From NCBI GenBank assembly GCA_033763455.1, contig JANRKO010000023.1:256001-320000 (forward strand): a DNA stretch of 64,000 nt, read 5' to 3'. Source of the stretch: Polyangiaceae bacterium. GTDB lineage: Bacteria > Myxococcota_A > Polyangia > Polyangiales > Polyangiaceae. A program made the position numbers and the translations under genes. Positions 20,594-29,931 of this stretch are shown here, piece by piece. Under the pieces are notes generated by a model. It saw only the letters and a program-made list of their open reading frames with translations, had not been told where the DNA came from and did not search any database. The stretch's first letter is position 1; each line of letters starts with the position of its first letter.

Positions 20594-22090
20594 TTGGCCA
20601 AGCTGCGGGATTTCGTCGGAGAACTACGCGGGGGAGCACTCGTCGTAGGAGTAAAACTCGCCGCGAGCTTTGCCGTCGTTCGCGCGGGTTTTGTGGCACT
20701 CAGCGATGATGATTATTCCCGCGTTGTTATTGCGCAACAATTCTCGCTCACGCCGAGCTGGGATCCCAGCGGGACGAGTTGGTTGCCATTTCCGTTTTGG
20801 CTTCAAGGTTCAATATTGCGAGCCTTTTCGCCAAGCTTCGAGCTTTGCCGGGGGGTGAATATTGTTGCCGCCGCGGGCGCACTTTTGGTGCTGTATCTCG
20901 TAGCGCTTCAGATCGGCCTAAAACCAAGGCAAGCGGCTTTGGGAACTACTTTAGCTGGCCTATTGCCCTATTCTCTGCTGCTCGGCGCGGCCACTCCCCC
21001 CGATGGCTTCTGTGCAGCGCTCATAGCAGCCACGATACTATCGCTCCGAAGTGATAAACCAAGCGCACTTCTCACGGGTGCTCTCGCAGCGTTGATCGCC
21101 TCCCTGAGCCGGTATGAGAGTTGGCCGGTCGCACTCGTCTTTGCTGGAGTAGTACTCTGGCGATCCGTTCACGCCCGCCAAGCTCAGCTGTTAGTTCCGC
21201 TCGCACTCGCGCTCGTGGGGCCGCTCGGCTGGATGCTGCATGGCGCACTTCACCACAACAGCGCCTTGTTCTTCGTGACCCGCGTGACCGCGTACCAACA
21301 TGCGTTGGGCGCGACGCTAACAAGCGGCTGGGAAAATGCGCTCCGTACCCCGTTAGCGCTCCTTCGCTTCGAGCCCGAAACTGTACTGCTGCTGCTCGCG
21401 ACGCTCGTGCTCGGGAGAGCCCACCGCATTGCGGAAAAGTCGGGCGATTTTGCTCGCTCCCCAGAAACAGCTGGGCCTGCTCGTTTTTTTGGTTGGGGTT
21501 CAATCCTCGCTGCGGGGGCGCTCATCGTTTTCCTGATGGTCGGGGATATTCGTTCAAGTACGGCGACTCACCACGCCGAACGCACGCTCCTTTCGCTCTG
21601 GATGCTAGCGGCGCTGGCCCTTACGCATGAGCTTTCGCGGTTGTGGGCGAAGCTGAACGCGCCACAGTGGATGCTTTTAGCGGTGGCATTCGTGGTTGGT
21701 GTACTGGCGCGCGTCGAAGGGCCAGGCTTTGGAACCCTGGCACCACGGAACGAGGAGCGCGCTATCGGAACTCTCGCAAGATCTTTAGTTCCAACAGGCG
21801 AGCAGTTAGCCATCTGGACCACCGACTATGGCTACTTCGCGATACAAGCTTCGTTCGCGCGCCCCGGCACCGCGCAGATCCTGGATAGACACGATCCCCG
21901 GACTCCCCACTCGAACAGCCCTGTGCGCAGTGCGAACTTTGGCATCTTCGATCGTTCCCTGCTCCTCGCTGGGGCCCGGGAGCACTGCCTTGCGAAGGAG
22001 CTAGCCGCAAACTCAAAATTCGTCCTGGCCCGGCTCGCCCCTCAGCCTTCCAGGTCGGGCGACACTGACGACCCGCGCTGCTGGCCCTAG
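20594..22090 (+). CDS. polytopic membrane protein, GT-C (ArnT/PMT-like) glycosyltransferase
   Basis: Acidic luminal loop SDDDYSR, WLPFP and RYESW motifs, and many TM segments. Confidence 0.65.
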   Translation: MAKLRDFVGELRGGALVVGVKLAASFAVVRAGFVALSDDDYSRVVIAQQFSLTPSWDPSGTSWLPFPFWLQGSILRAFSPSFELCRGVNIVAAAGALLVLYLVALQIGLKPRQAALGTTLAGLLPYSLLLGAATPPDGFCAALIAATILSLRSDKPSALLTGALAALIASLSRYESWPVALVFAGVVLWRSVHARQAQLLVPLALALVGPLGWMLHGALHHNSALFFVTRVTAYQHALGATLTSGWENALRTPLALLRFEPETVLLLLATLVLGRAHRIAEKSGDFARSPETAGPARFFGWGSILAAGALIVFLMVGDIRSSTATHHAERTLLSLWMLAALALTHELSRLWAKLNAPQWMLLAVAFVVGVLARVEGPGFGTLAPRNEERAIGTLARSLVPTGEQLAIWTTDYGYFAIQASFARPGTAQILDRHDPRTPHSNSPVRSANFGIFDRSLLLAGAREHCLAKELAANSKFVLARLAPQPSRSGDTDDPRCWP

Positions 22091-22158
22091 GCCGGCCACT
22101 TAGCGAACCGAGCACCCGTTTTCTCGTCCTTTGGGCGCCGGCCAAGTAGGATGCCCGC

Positions 22159-22548
22159 GTGATCGTACGGCTCGCTCGGCAGGCAATTGGCAGCATTGTT
22201 TCTGTCTTTGCCCTGCTTGGCTTTGCTTTCGTACCCCTCGGAGATCAAACGGGCTTTGAGCACGCGAAAGCCATTTTGGCGACGCCCGAAGCCACGCGGG
22301 CGTTTCGCGGGCTTGTCGAACGGTTAGAGGCCGCCAAGGAGCAAGCGTGGAAAGGTAACGACGCCAGAGAGCCCCACGAGCCGCGCACACCGCACCGGCG
22401 CCACCCTGTGGACATGAAGCTTGCGCCTACTCGAGCGGCCGGTGCGCACACGGCGGAGCCTTCACACGCGCCACTTCCTCCCGCGCCGCCCTCAAGCACT
22501 CCCGACGAGAAACGCTCGACGGGCAGCGCTGGCGCCGCTGGAGATTAA
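22159..22548 (+). CDS. hypothetical protein with N-terminal membrane anchor
   Basis: 129-aa ORF with a hydrophobic N-terminus followed by VPLGDQTGFEH. Confidence 0.5.
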   Translation: MIVRLARQAIGSIVSVFALLGFAFVPLGDQTGFEHAKAILATPEATRAFRGLVERLEAAKEQAWKGNDAREPHEPRTPHRRHPVDMKLAPTRAAGAHTAEPSHAPLPPAPPSSTPDEKRSTGSAGAAGD

Positions 22549-22555
22549 CTTTCAA

Positions 22556-23881
22556 TCAAGGAATACGGTGCACGACGGTTGGCCTCCCCAACCCATCTAC
22601 CGGGGCACTATCCGACACGACAAACACCGTGGTGGCTTCGGTGGGAGCTGGCGTTGTGAAGGTGCAGGTATCACGTGGGGGTAAAAATAGCTTAGAAGCT
22701 CCAGTTCCAACGGCATCGGTGGGCGCCCGGTTGTACAGGAGCTGAAGGTTGGCGTCGGTCTCACCCGTGATCGTCAAAAGGCCGGCATTCGTTGCAAATT
22801 CGTCCATATCTCCATCGCCGCGCGTGGAGGTGCCGCTCGAAAGCATCACCACAGTTCCACCCGAACCGACGAAGTTACTGATGGCGGCGGACCAATCCGA
22901 CCCGTTCTGAGCCATACCGCCTACGGGGGCATTCGGCTGATCGTAGACCAGGAACAATTCGTAGTTCAGAACTTTGAGCTGCGACGCAATCAGCGCGTCG
23001 TCAGTCACTGACGTCAGAGAGACAGTGCGCCCGCGCTGACCCGCCGCATAATCAATGGCAGCCGTAGTGCTTGCGATACTGGGTGCGTCGGCATACTTGG
23101 AATAGGCCAGAATTCTAAGAGGGCGCGAGGGCGCCAGATTGCTCAAAGGCAAGAACGCAGCGTTCCCCAGTAAAATCCCAAAGCTTGAGGTCGGCGTTGC
23201 CAGGCGCATGTTGGTGCACATGAGCACAATGTGGCCTGACGCCGCACCGACACATTGCCCCGCCGTGCACAGCCCTGACGGGCACTCTGTAAAACAGTCA
23301 CCGCAGTGCAAGGGATCGGTTTGGGTATCCACGCACGCTTGGGCACAAGTAGTCGAGGGAGCATTGCACACAGGCCCACCGCCACCCGTGCCGCCCATGG
23401 GAGCGCCTCCAGAGCCTGAAGTGCCGGCATTTCCCGCCACGCCGCCAGTTGCCGACATCCCGCCCGAGCCCGCCATGGAAACGCTACCGCCTGCTTCCGT
23501 GCCGCCCGTTTCCGTGCCGGCGCCGCCACCTGAACCGCCCAGATTTAACCCACCCACACCCGCAGCGCCCCCAAGTGGCGACATCCCAGAACTTCCGCCG
23601 GAACTTACCGTACCACCGGCGCCCGCACTCATTGCCCCACCCAACCCAGAAGAATTCAAGCGGCACACACCACGATTGCAGAACTGATCTGCTTCACATG
23701 CCATGCCGCAGGCCCCGCAATTGTCGACATCCTGCGCAAGGTCGATGCATGTGTTGCCACAGCGGCTCAGGCCAGATCGACATTCCCCACCGATGAGGGC
23801 ACCGCTACTACAGGCTCCCGGCAACCCCAATAGGCCCAACAGGAAAACTACCCACATCCAGGTACGAGCGCTTCGAGTCAT
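22556..23881 (-). CDS. Cys-rich, Gly-linker lipoprotein (Stig1/MXAN_6577-like repeats)
   Basis: Lipobox-like PGAC; two (N/H)CGxC Cys clusters flanking a Gly/Ser/Thr linker; a C-terminal globular domain. ATGA overlap with the OmpA gene. Confidence 0.75.
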   Translation of the reverse strand: MTRSARTWMWVVFLLGLLGLPGACSSGALIGGECRSGLSRCGNTCIDLAQDVDNCGACGMACEADQFCNRGVCRLNSSGLGGAMSAGAGGTVSSGGSSGMSPLGGAAGVGGLNLGGSGGGAGTETGGTEAGGSVSMAGSGGMSATGGVAGNAGTSGSGGAPMGGTGGGGPVCNAPSTTCAQACVDTQTDPLHCGDCFTECPSGLCTAGQCVGAASGHIVLMCTNMRLATPTSSFGILLGNAAFLPLSNLAPSRPLRILAYSKYADAPSIASTTAAIDYAAGQRGRTVSLTSVTDDALIASQLKVLNYELFLVYDQPNAPVGGMAQNGSDWSAAISNFVGSGGTVVMLSSGTSTRGDGDMDEFATNAGLLTITGETDANLQLLYNRAPTDAVGTGASKLFLPPRDTCTFTTPAPTEATTVFVVSDSAPVDGLGRPTVVHRIP

Positions 23882-25521
23882 GGGTGCTCTCCTTCGGGGT
23901 GATTGACTCCGGAGTGATCGCCTTCGGGAGCAGCTTCGGGGTGATCACCTTCTGGGGTTTCTTCGGACATTTCGGGGGATTTTTCGTCAGTTCCCGCAGG
24001 CGCAGGGGCCTCCGCTGCTGCGGCTCCTGCTGCTGCTGGCAAAGCGACGGGAGGGGCTGGTTCGGCTGGGCCATCAGGAGCCCCCGCAGCGGGTTTGCCC
24101 TCGGGTGCGGATGCTGCAGGCACCTGTGTGGCCGGTGTTGCCACAGGTTGTGTTTCTGGCAACGGGCGCCGCGTGATGCGGAATTCCACGCGGCGATTCA
24201 TCCACATCGCGTATTCGGAAGTGCCCTCCACGAGAGGCTGCTCTTCGCCGAAGCCGCGGAAGCTCAAGCGCCACATTTCTACGCGGTTATCGATGAGCAC
24301 TTTCATCACCTGCTCAGCCCGCCGCTCGCTCAAGGGCTTGTTGTACGAGTCTGGTCCACGGCCGTCGGTGTGGCCCTCAACCTCAATGTGAATGTACTCA
24401 GGGTGCGCGATGATGAGCTTGGCGATCCGAGCCAAAAGCGGGAGGCTTTCGCGCCGTATCAAGTGGCTATTTTTCCAGAAATGCACTCGATCATCGAGTA
24501 CAATGAGGTCGCCAGTTACTCGAATATCTTGATCATCCGGGCAGCCATCAGCGTCCGCGTAACCATTCACCGTTTCGGCTTCGTTCGGGCACTGATCTGT
24601 AGCGTCAGCGATCCCATCCTGATCGTTGTCTGGCTCGGGACAACCGTCAGCATCCTCAAATCCATCTTTATCTTCGGCTTCGAGCGGGCACTTGTCCTTG
24701 GCGTCTGGGATTTCGTCCCGATCGTTATCTAGCTCTGGGCAACCATCTGCATCTTCGAACCCGTCTTTGTCTTCGGGTGAAGCGGGGCATTTGTCGATAG
24801 CATCAGGCAGGCCGTCTTGGTCGTTATCCAGATCTGGACAGCCGTCTTGATCTTCGAATCCGTCCACGTCTTCGGCGTGGTCTGGGCAGCGATCGATGTC
24901 GTCGCCAATACCATCGTGATCGCGATCGCTCGCTGCCAACACGTCTTGGCTATTGTACGCAGCGTGCACGCCCACCAAAAAGATGCTGGCATCATCCGGC
25001 CGAAGGGCGCTATTTGGCTGAAAAATATGCACATACCCGAGAGTTGGGCCGATGCCAAATTGGCTGGTGAGCTGTACGTCGTAGCCAAGGTTGAAGTTTA
25101 GCGTTGGCCCCAGCAAGTCTTTGGTACTCGTGCCGCCGCCTCCTGCCGATAACCACAAGCCGCTCAGCGCTGACCGAGCGGCAGCATCTTCTTTTGCGAA
25201 AGGGTAAGCACGAAGCGCGAGCGCGACCGAGGTCCCAGAAGCTGCGCGTTCCCGCTTTATGCCAGGATCCTTTGGGGCGTGGCCCTGCGACAAAAAGAGC
25301 CCCCCTGCTTCGAGCTCAAGCCCAAGCTGAGGGAAGAGTGGCATCTCGGCAGCCCCAAAGACGCCCATGCCCCAACCAAATTCGTGCGCCTGGTGTCCCC
25401 GCACAGCACGCGCACCGTCGAGCGTTAAGTGGTAACGAAGTGCTTGAGCCTTCGCACCGCGAGGCACCACCCCGAGCGCAGCCCAGCAAATCAAACCGTA
25501 AAGCAGCGTGCGTGCTCTCAT
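23878..25521 (-). CDS. OmpA family protein with thrombospondin type-3 (Ca-binding) repeats
   Basis: Signal peptide, a beta-barrel-like region, four DxDxDG...D.CP..ED.DGFED.DGCP-type repeats, and OmpA-C motifs EGHTD, LSERRA and NRRVEF. Confidence 0.9.
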   Translation of the reverse strand: MRARTLLYGLICWAALGVVPRGAKAQALRYHLTLDGARAVRGHQAHEFGWGMGVFGAAEMPLFPQLGLELEAGGLFLSQGHAPKDPGIKRERAASGTSVALALRAYPFAKEDAAARSALSGLWLSAGGGGTSTKDLLGPTLNFNLGYDVQLTSQFGIGPTLGYVHIFQPNSALRPDDASIFLVGVHAAYNSQDVLAASDRDHDGIGDDIDRCPDHAEDVDGFEDQDGCPDLDNDQDGLPDAIDKCPASPEDKDGFEDADGCPELDNDRDEIPDAKDKCPLEAEDKDGFEDADGCPEPDNDQDGIADATDQCPNEAETVNGYADADGCPDDQDIRVTGDLIVLDDRVHFWKNSHLIRRESLPLLARIAKLIIAHPEYIHIEVEGHTDGRGPDSYNKPLSERRAEQVMKVLIDNRVEMWRLSFRGFGEEQPLVEGTSEYAMWMNRRVEFRITRRPLPETQPVATPATQVPAASAPEGKPAAGAPDGPAEPAPPVALPAAAGAAAAEAPAPAGTDEKSPEMSEETPEGDHPEAAPEGDHSGVNHPEGEHP

Positions 25522-25653
25522 CTCTCGTTGAGACAGACAACGGCCAGGGGGGTCGAAAGCTTAATCGGCCCTAATTTCGCGGGTTCGGGCCGGGCAAAAC
25601 CGCCTCGGAGCCGAAGGCGCCCTTACGAACGCCGGGGCCACGATTCGGCGGCT

Positions 25654-26823
25654 TTAGCCTCCATTACGTAAGCGAGCGACACCCCGCTCAAGCCGTTCGG
25701 CCGCAAGGTCAACATCTTCTTCCGTGGTGAAACGGCCGATGCCGAGGCGAATCGAACAAGCCGCGTCCTCCACAGACAAACCTAGGGCACCAAGAACGTG
25801 ACTTGGCAGAGGTCGATTCGAACTGCAAGCCGCGCCGCTTGAGATCGCCAGGAGCGGAAGCGCCGCCATCAGCGCATCGGCACGCACCCGGGCGATGAGC
25901 AAATTGAGATTGCCCGGCAAGCGACGCTCCAGCTCTCCGTTGACCGAAATGCCAGAAATATTAGCCGAAAGACGCGCCCAAAGCCGATCGCGCAGCGCAC
26001 GCACACGTTGATTCTCTTCTTCGCGTTCAGCCGCAGCAAGCTCAGCGGCCACGCCCATTCCAACGATCCCCGGGACATTGAGCGTGCCCGCACGCAACCC
26101 AAGCTCATGCCCGCCACCTAAAACCTGCGAAACAAGCCGCACTGGGCTGCCATGACGCCGCACATAGAGCGCGCCCGTGCCCTTGGGCCCGTAAAACTTA
26201 TGGGCAGAAAGCGACACCAGATCGAGCTTAGACTGCTCAACTTGAATCGGCACGGCGGAAAGTGCCTGCGCGGCGTCCGTGTGAAAGATCGCACCGCGTG
26301 CGCGACATAGCTCCCCAAGCTCTGAAATGGGCTGCAGCGTTCCCACTTCGTTATTTGCGGCCATAACCGAGACCAAGATAGTGTCCGCGCGAAAAGCACG
26401 TTCGACCTCCGCTACTTCGACAATGCCGTTCGCAGGCACCCGCACCTGCGTTACGGAAAACCCTTCGCGCACGAGTGCGTCACAAGGTTCCAACACAGCA
26501 TGATGCTCGATACTGGTAGTAATAATGTGACCCCTAGATGCGCCCGTGGTCTTCGCATACGCCAAAGCCACCCCACGCAACGCCAGGTTATTACTTTCCG
26601 TGGCCCCCGAAGTAAAAATGACTTCCGCTGCCTCTTCAGCGCCAATCGCCGCGCGCACGCGCTCCCGAGCTTCGGCCACGGCCCCCTCTGCAGCCCACCC
26701 GAAGGCGTGGGCACGGCTAGCCGCATTGCCGAAGTGCTCCGAAAAATAAGGCAGCATCGCCTCCACCACACGCGGATCGGTGGGCGTCGTCGCTTGATGA
26801 TCGAGGTAGACAGCCCGCTTCAC
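25654..26823 (-). CDS. iscS: cysteine desulfurase (IscS/NifS family)
   Basis: Motifs YLDHQATTP, TSGATESNN, NNEVG, HTDAAQ, SAHKFYGPKG and SSGAACSS. The GTG at 26823 follows AAGGA. Confidence 0.9.
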   Translation of the reverse strand: MKRAVYLDHQATTPTDPRVVEAMLPYFSEHFGNAASRAHAFGWAAEGAVAEARERVRAAIGAEEAAEVIFTSGATESNNLALRGVALAYAKTTGASRGHIITTSIEHHAVLEPCDALVREGFSVTQVRVPANGIVEVAEVERAFRADTILVSVMAANNEVGTLQPISELGELCRARGAIFHTDAAQALSAVPIQVEQSKLDLVSLSAHKFYGPKGTGALYVRRHGSPVRLVSQVLGGGHELGLRAGTLNVPGIVGMGVAAELAAAEREEENQRVRALRDRLWARLSANISGISVNGELERRLPGNLNLLIARVRADALMAALPLLAISSGAACSSNRPLPSHVLGALGLSVEDAACSIRLGIGRFTTEEDVDLAAERLERGVARLRNGG

Positions 26824-27008
26824 AGTCCTTCGGCCCAGCGTGAACGCCGCCGACGGCGAGTGCAAGGCTCACGCGGCCCACCCTCCGCTGCCGAAATGCC
26901 CAAGCCGCGCAGACTTAATTCGCCTACGCGGCGAACCTCTTGCACGATTTGGCCAGTTTTACGCTGGTTTCACGAAATCCGCACCCCGGCAAAACTCGCA
27001 GCTGGCGC

Positions 27009-27036
27009 TTGACACATCAAGGCCGATGACTATGGT
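27009..27036 (+). promoter_or_regulatory. sigma70-type promoter of the tRNA gene
   Basis: TTGACA (27009-27014), 16 bp, TATGGT (27031-27036), 12 bp upstream of the tRNA. Confidence 0.6.
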
Positions 27037-27048
27037 GACGCTCCTTGT

Positions 27049-27122
<74 letters not shown>

Positions 27123-27128
27123 CTGAAT

Positions 27129-27169
27129 AAAAACGCGGAGGTAGCTCACACCGAGCCCTCCGCGTTTTT
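27129..27169 (+). terminator. intrinsic terminator after tRNA-fMet
   Basis: 13-bp inverted repeat AAAAACGCGGAGG / CCTCCGCGTTTTT ending in a T tract. Confidence 0.8.
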
Positions 27170-27243
27170 CGTTTGTTGGGGCACGCGGTGAGAGGCGGCC
27201 GCGGCTTGCACTGCTGGCACCTACCGCGCCAACATGGCTAGCC

Positions 27244-28470
27244 GTGAGCATCATTTGCCGAGCTGAAGGTGTTGCGCTCATTTGCGCCCTCTCAGTGCTT
27301 GGTATGGCTTGCGGTGGGCGCGCTTATGAATCGGACGCCGAAGGGTGGTTTGTGCGATGGGGGGCGGATGACAACGATAGGTTCTTGGCTGTCACTGCCG
27401 ACGAGCGCTCCAGGATCTACGCTGCTGGACACACCGGCTCACGGCCGGAGGGGGGCGGAGCCGCGCTCAACGTGGTCGTCGCCCACTTCACGGATGTGGG
27501 GGCGCTAGGGTGGCAGTCCCTCATCGGTACCGATCAAGACGACGCCGCAACGTCGGTGGTGGCCGCCAACGGCGATGTCTTCGTTGCAGGCTTTACTGCG
27601 GGAGCACTTGGGCGTCCCAACGCAGGTGATCGCGACAGCTGGGCCGCCAGGCTCGACGGCAATACCGGAACCACACGCTGGCTATCCCAGTGGGGTAGCT
27701 CGGCATGGGACGCGGCTGGTCAAATCCTTACGACAGGCAATGGTGTGGTGCTCGTCGCCGGAGAAACAGATGCCGTTCCAAGTGCAGGGGAAACGGATGT
27801 GTTTGTCACGAGTTTTGACGCCTCTTCCGGCAGAGAGCGCTGGCATGTGCAATGGGGTGGCCCAGGCAACGACTACGTACGCCATGTCGCTCTTGGCGCA
27901 GAGGGGGAAGTGTACGTTGCCGTGCTGGAGGTAGAAGGACCGAGCAACACCTCAGGCCACCGCATGGTGGTGCGAACCATGGACGTTGAGAGCGGGACAC
28001 AACGCGCGTCGGTAGCCTTTGCCCCGAGTTCTTCGCAGGAGCTCTCACTCAAGGCAACCATCGACAAAACAGGCAACCTCTACGTGCTCGCGGAGACTTC
28101 GTCGACCATCTCCAAGGTCAGCGGGCAAACGGGAGAACTCCTATGGCGAACCGCAGTGACCTCCGAGACACCATCCGCACCGCCCTCCAATCATAGGCTC
28201 GCAATTGAATCGAGCGGTGAACTCTTGCTTGCTTCCAGTGACTCCAAAGAGGCGCGTTTGGGTTGGTTCGAACCAACAAACGGACAATTGCTTGCCCTTC
28301 GTCGAGTGGCTTGGCCGGCCGCGACCCTCCTGAATGCCATCTCAACCGTGCCAACCCGCCAAGGCACTTCGCCGCGAACGACAACATCGGGGCAGGTGCT
28401 GCTCGCGGGCTTTCTCACACCCAACCAAGCGGCACCACCTGGTGCCTTTGTGGCGCTTGCTGAGAAGTAA
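27244..28470 (+). CDS. secreted beta-propeller lipoprotein (SBBP/PQQ-like repeats)
   Basis: Lipobox GMAC; repeated blades (IYAAGHT, VFVAGFT, VLVAGET; W..QWG...D). Confidence 0.7.
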   Translation: MSIICRAEGVALICALSVLGMACGGRAYESDAEGWFVRWGADDNDRFLAVTADERSRIYAAGHTGSRPEGGGAALNVVVAHFTDVGALGWQSLIGTDQDDAATSVVAANGDVFVAGFTAGALGRPNAGDRDSWAARLDGNTGTTRWLSQWGSSAWDAAGQILTTGNGVVLVAGETDAVPSAGETDVFVTSFDASSGRERWHVQWGGPGNDYVRHVALGAEGEVYVAVLEVEGPSNTSGHRMVVRTMDVESGTQRASVAFAPSSSQELSLKATIDKTGNLYVLAETSSTISKVSGQTGELLWRTAVTSETPSAPPSNHRLAIESSGELLLASSDSKEARLGWFEPTNGQLLALRRVAWPAATLLNAISTVPTRQGTSPRTTTSGQVLLAGFLTPNQAAPPGAFVALAEK

Positions 28471-28608
28471 GCCTAGACGGCGATGACATGCGGTAGGGGT
28501 ATACCAGTCTTACCGCACAGTCCCACCGCTCGGGCGCTAGCCTAACGCGTGAGTGCGAAAGGGCTTGACCACAAACAGCGAAAGAACGACTCAAGAGCGG
28601 AGTCTCGG

Positions 28609-28821
28609 TTAATTCCCGAATACGTCCCCCACGGACTTCGCGTGAAGGATTCGCGCGGTCCACCTCAGGCACTCGGCGACGCCAGCGGCATCAATTCGAC
28701 TCCGTACCTCGGCGGAGACGGCACCAAATTTTTCTTCCAGTAAGCTCAGCAGAACGAGCCGCGCGCCTCGTGCCTCACCTCGTGCCTCGCCTCGCGCCTC
28801 CAACTCTTCCGCAAACGTCAT
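28609..28821 (-). CDS. putative in-frame internal small protein (RpnS-like antitoxin), 70 aa
   Basis: AGGAG lies 8 nt upstream of an in-frame ATG (GCAGGAGAAGCCGTTATG) at the start of the variable C-terminal domain. Confidence 0.55.
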   Translation of the reverse strand: MTFAEELEARGEARGEARGARLVLLSLLEEKFGAVSAEVRSRIDAAGVAECLRWTARILHAKSVGDVFGN

Positions 28822-29601
28822 AACGGCTTCTCCTGCTCCGCGAACTGCCTTTAGCGCCTCTAGCGCCTCTTGCCCAACCGTCCCTTGTGTCACCGTCCAC
28901 ACATATAGCACAAAAACCAAGAACGCTTCGCGCCCCCCGCTACGGCGAAGGATCGCCTCAAACTCGGCGCGATAAGCACCAATGGTGCGGATCAAGCGAG
29001 CGCCGGTGCGGCTGTCCCGGAGTAGAGCCAAAGCGACAGTGAGCATGGGCCCGAGCTGACGTTCGCGCAGCTCTTGATCACTCGCCTGACTGACATCGTC
29101 TAGCAGAAATCCCCAGTGGGGTGTCACTTGGCGCACGGCTGGCTCGCGCAGGACTTCGGGGTCGAAAAGTTCCTCAAACCGAGTGGCAGCCGTCCAGCCG
29201 CGCTCGCTGTGGTGCAACACCTGCACCAATACGAGCGGCAGCGGCAGCACCGAACCCCCTTTGGCGCGAGCATCTAGCACGTGGCGTTCCCAAACCCGCA
29301 GCGCTCCTCCCAGGGTGCGAAGTGGCATCAGTGGGTCCACCGTACTCATGTGCTCAAACAGCACGTAAAGGTACGCGGGACGCCCCTTGTACGCGACGCT
29401 GTAAAGCATATCCACCACCGTACCCCGCAGCTCCTGACTCACAAAAGAGCCGTCTTCCACGCGCAGAGTACTCAAATCCAAGTTAACTAGGAGCGCTGGC
29501 GGAAGCGTGGCACGAAACTGCGCTGCGGCGTTTTCGGTGGCACCGAAGATGCGCCGCACCAAGGCGTCATGGGGGAAAACTTTCGAATCTGAATCTACCA
29601 C
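28609..29601 (-). CDS. Rpn/YhgA-like recombination-promoting nuclease (PF04754 type)
   Basis: Motifs PHDALVRRIF, LDLSTL..EDGSFV..ELR, DMLYSV, YVLFEHMS, PLR and LPLV; C-terminal MTFAEEL-EARG repeats with LLEEKFG. Confidence 0.88.
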   Translation of the reverse strand: MVDSDSKVFPHDALVRRIFGATENAAAQFRATLPPALLVNLDLSTLRVEDGSFVSQELRGTVVDMLYSVAYKGRPAYLYVLFEHMSTVDPLMPLRTLGGALRVWERHVLDARAKGGSVLPLPLVLVQVLHHSERGWTAATRFEELFDPEVLREPAVRQVTPHWGFLLDDVSQASDQELRERQLGPMLTVALALLRDSRTGARLIRTIGAYRAEFEAILRRSGGREAFLVFVLYVWTVTQGTVGQEALEALKAVRGAGEAVMTFAEELEARGEARGEARGARLVLLSLLEEKFGAVSAEVRSRIDAAGVAECLRWTARILHAKSVGDVFGN

Positions 29602-29931
29602 TCAACGTAGAGATACGGTGCTTGTTGAGACTTGGGTATTCGGGAAAACCCCAAGTGTTGGCTTTTCACCGCGAAGGGCTCGATATCAGCCCAAGGCGTT
29701 GATCTTGTTGATGCCGCACCCTACGGTGACATACTGCAGAGGCACGGCGCGGTGGCGGATGGGTTGCATTCGCTGGCTCCTTTCTTACTGGAGATTGAGC
29801 AGCGAAATCACTGGGCAGCAGCCCGGGCGAGCTAAAAACCCAGCAAGTTTACTGCCAATTTTGGCGCGGGTTATCATCTACTTTGCGAACGCTGGGCAAT
29901 CGGTGTACCCAAGCGGTTGTAGGGCAAGTCG

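Noticed and set aside
28609..29601. Active IS element (YhgA 'putative transposase')
   Set aside because: No terminal inverted repeats or target duplication were seen; the family is a PD-(D/E)XK nuclease, not a demonstrated transposase.
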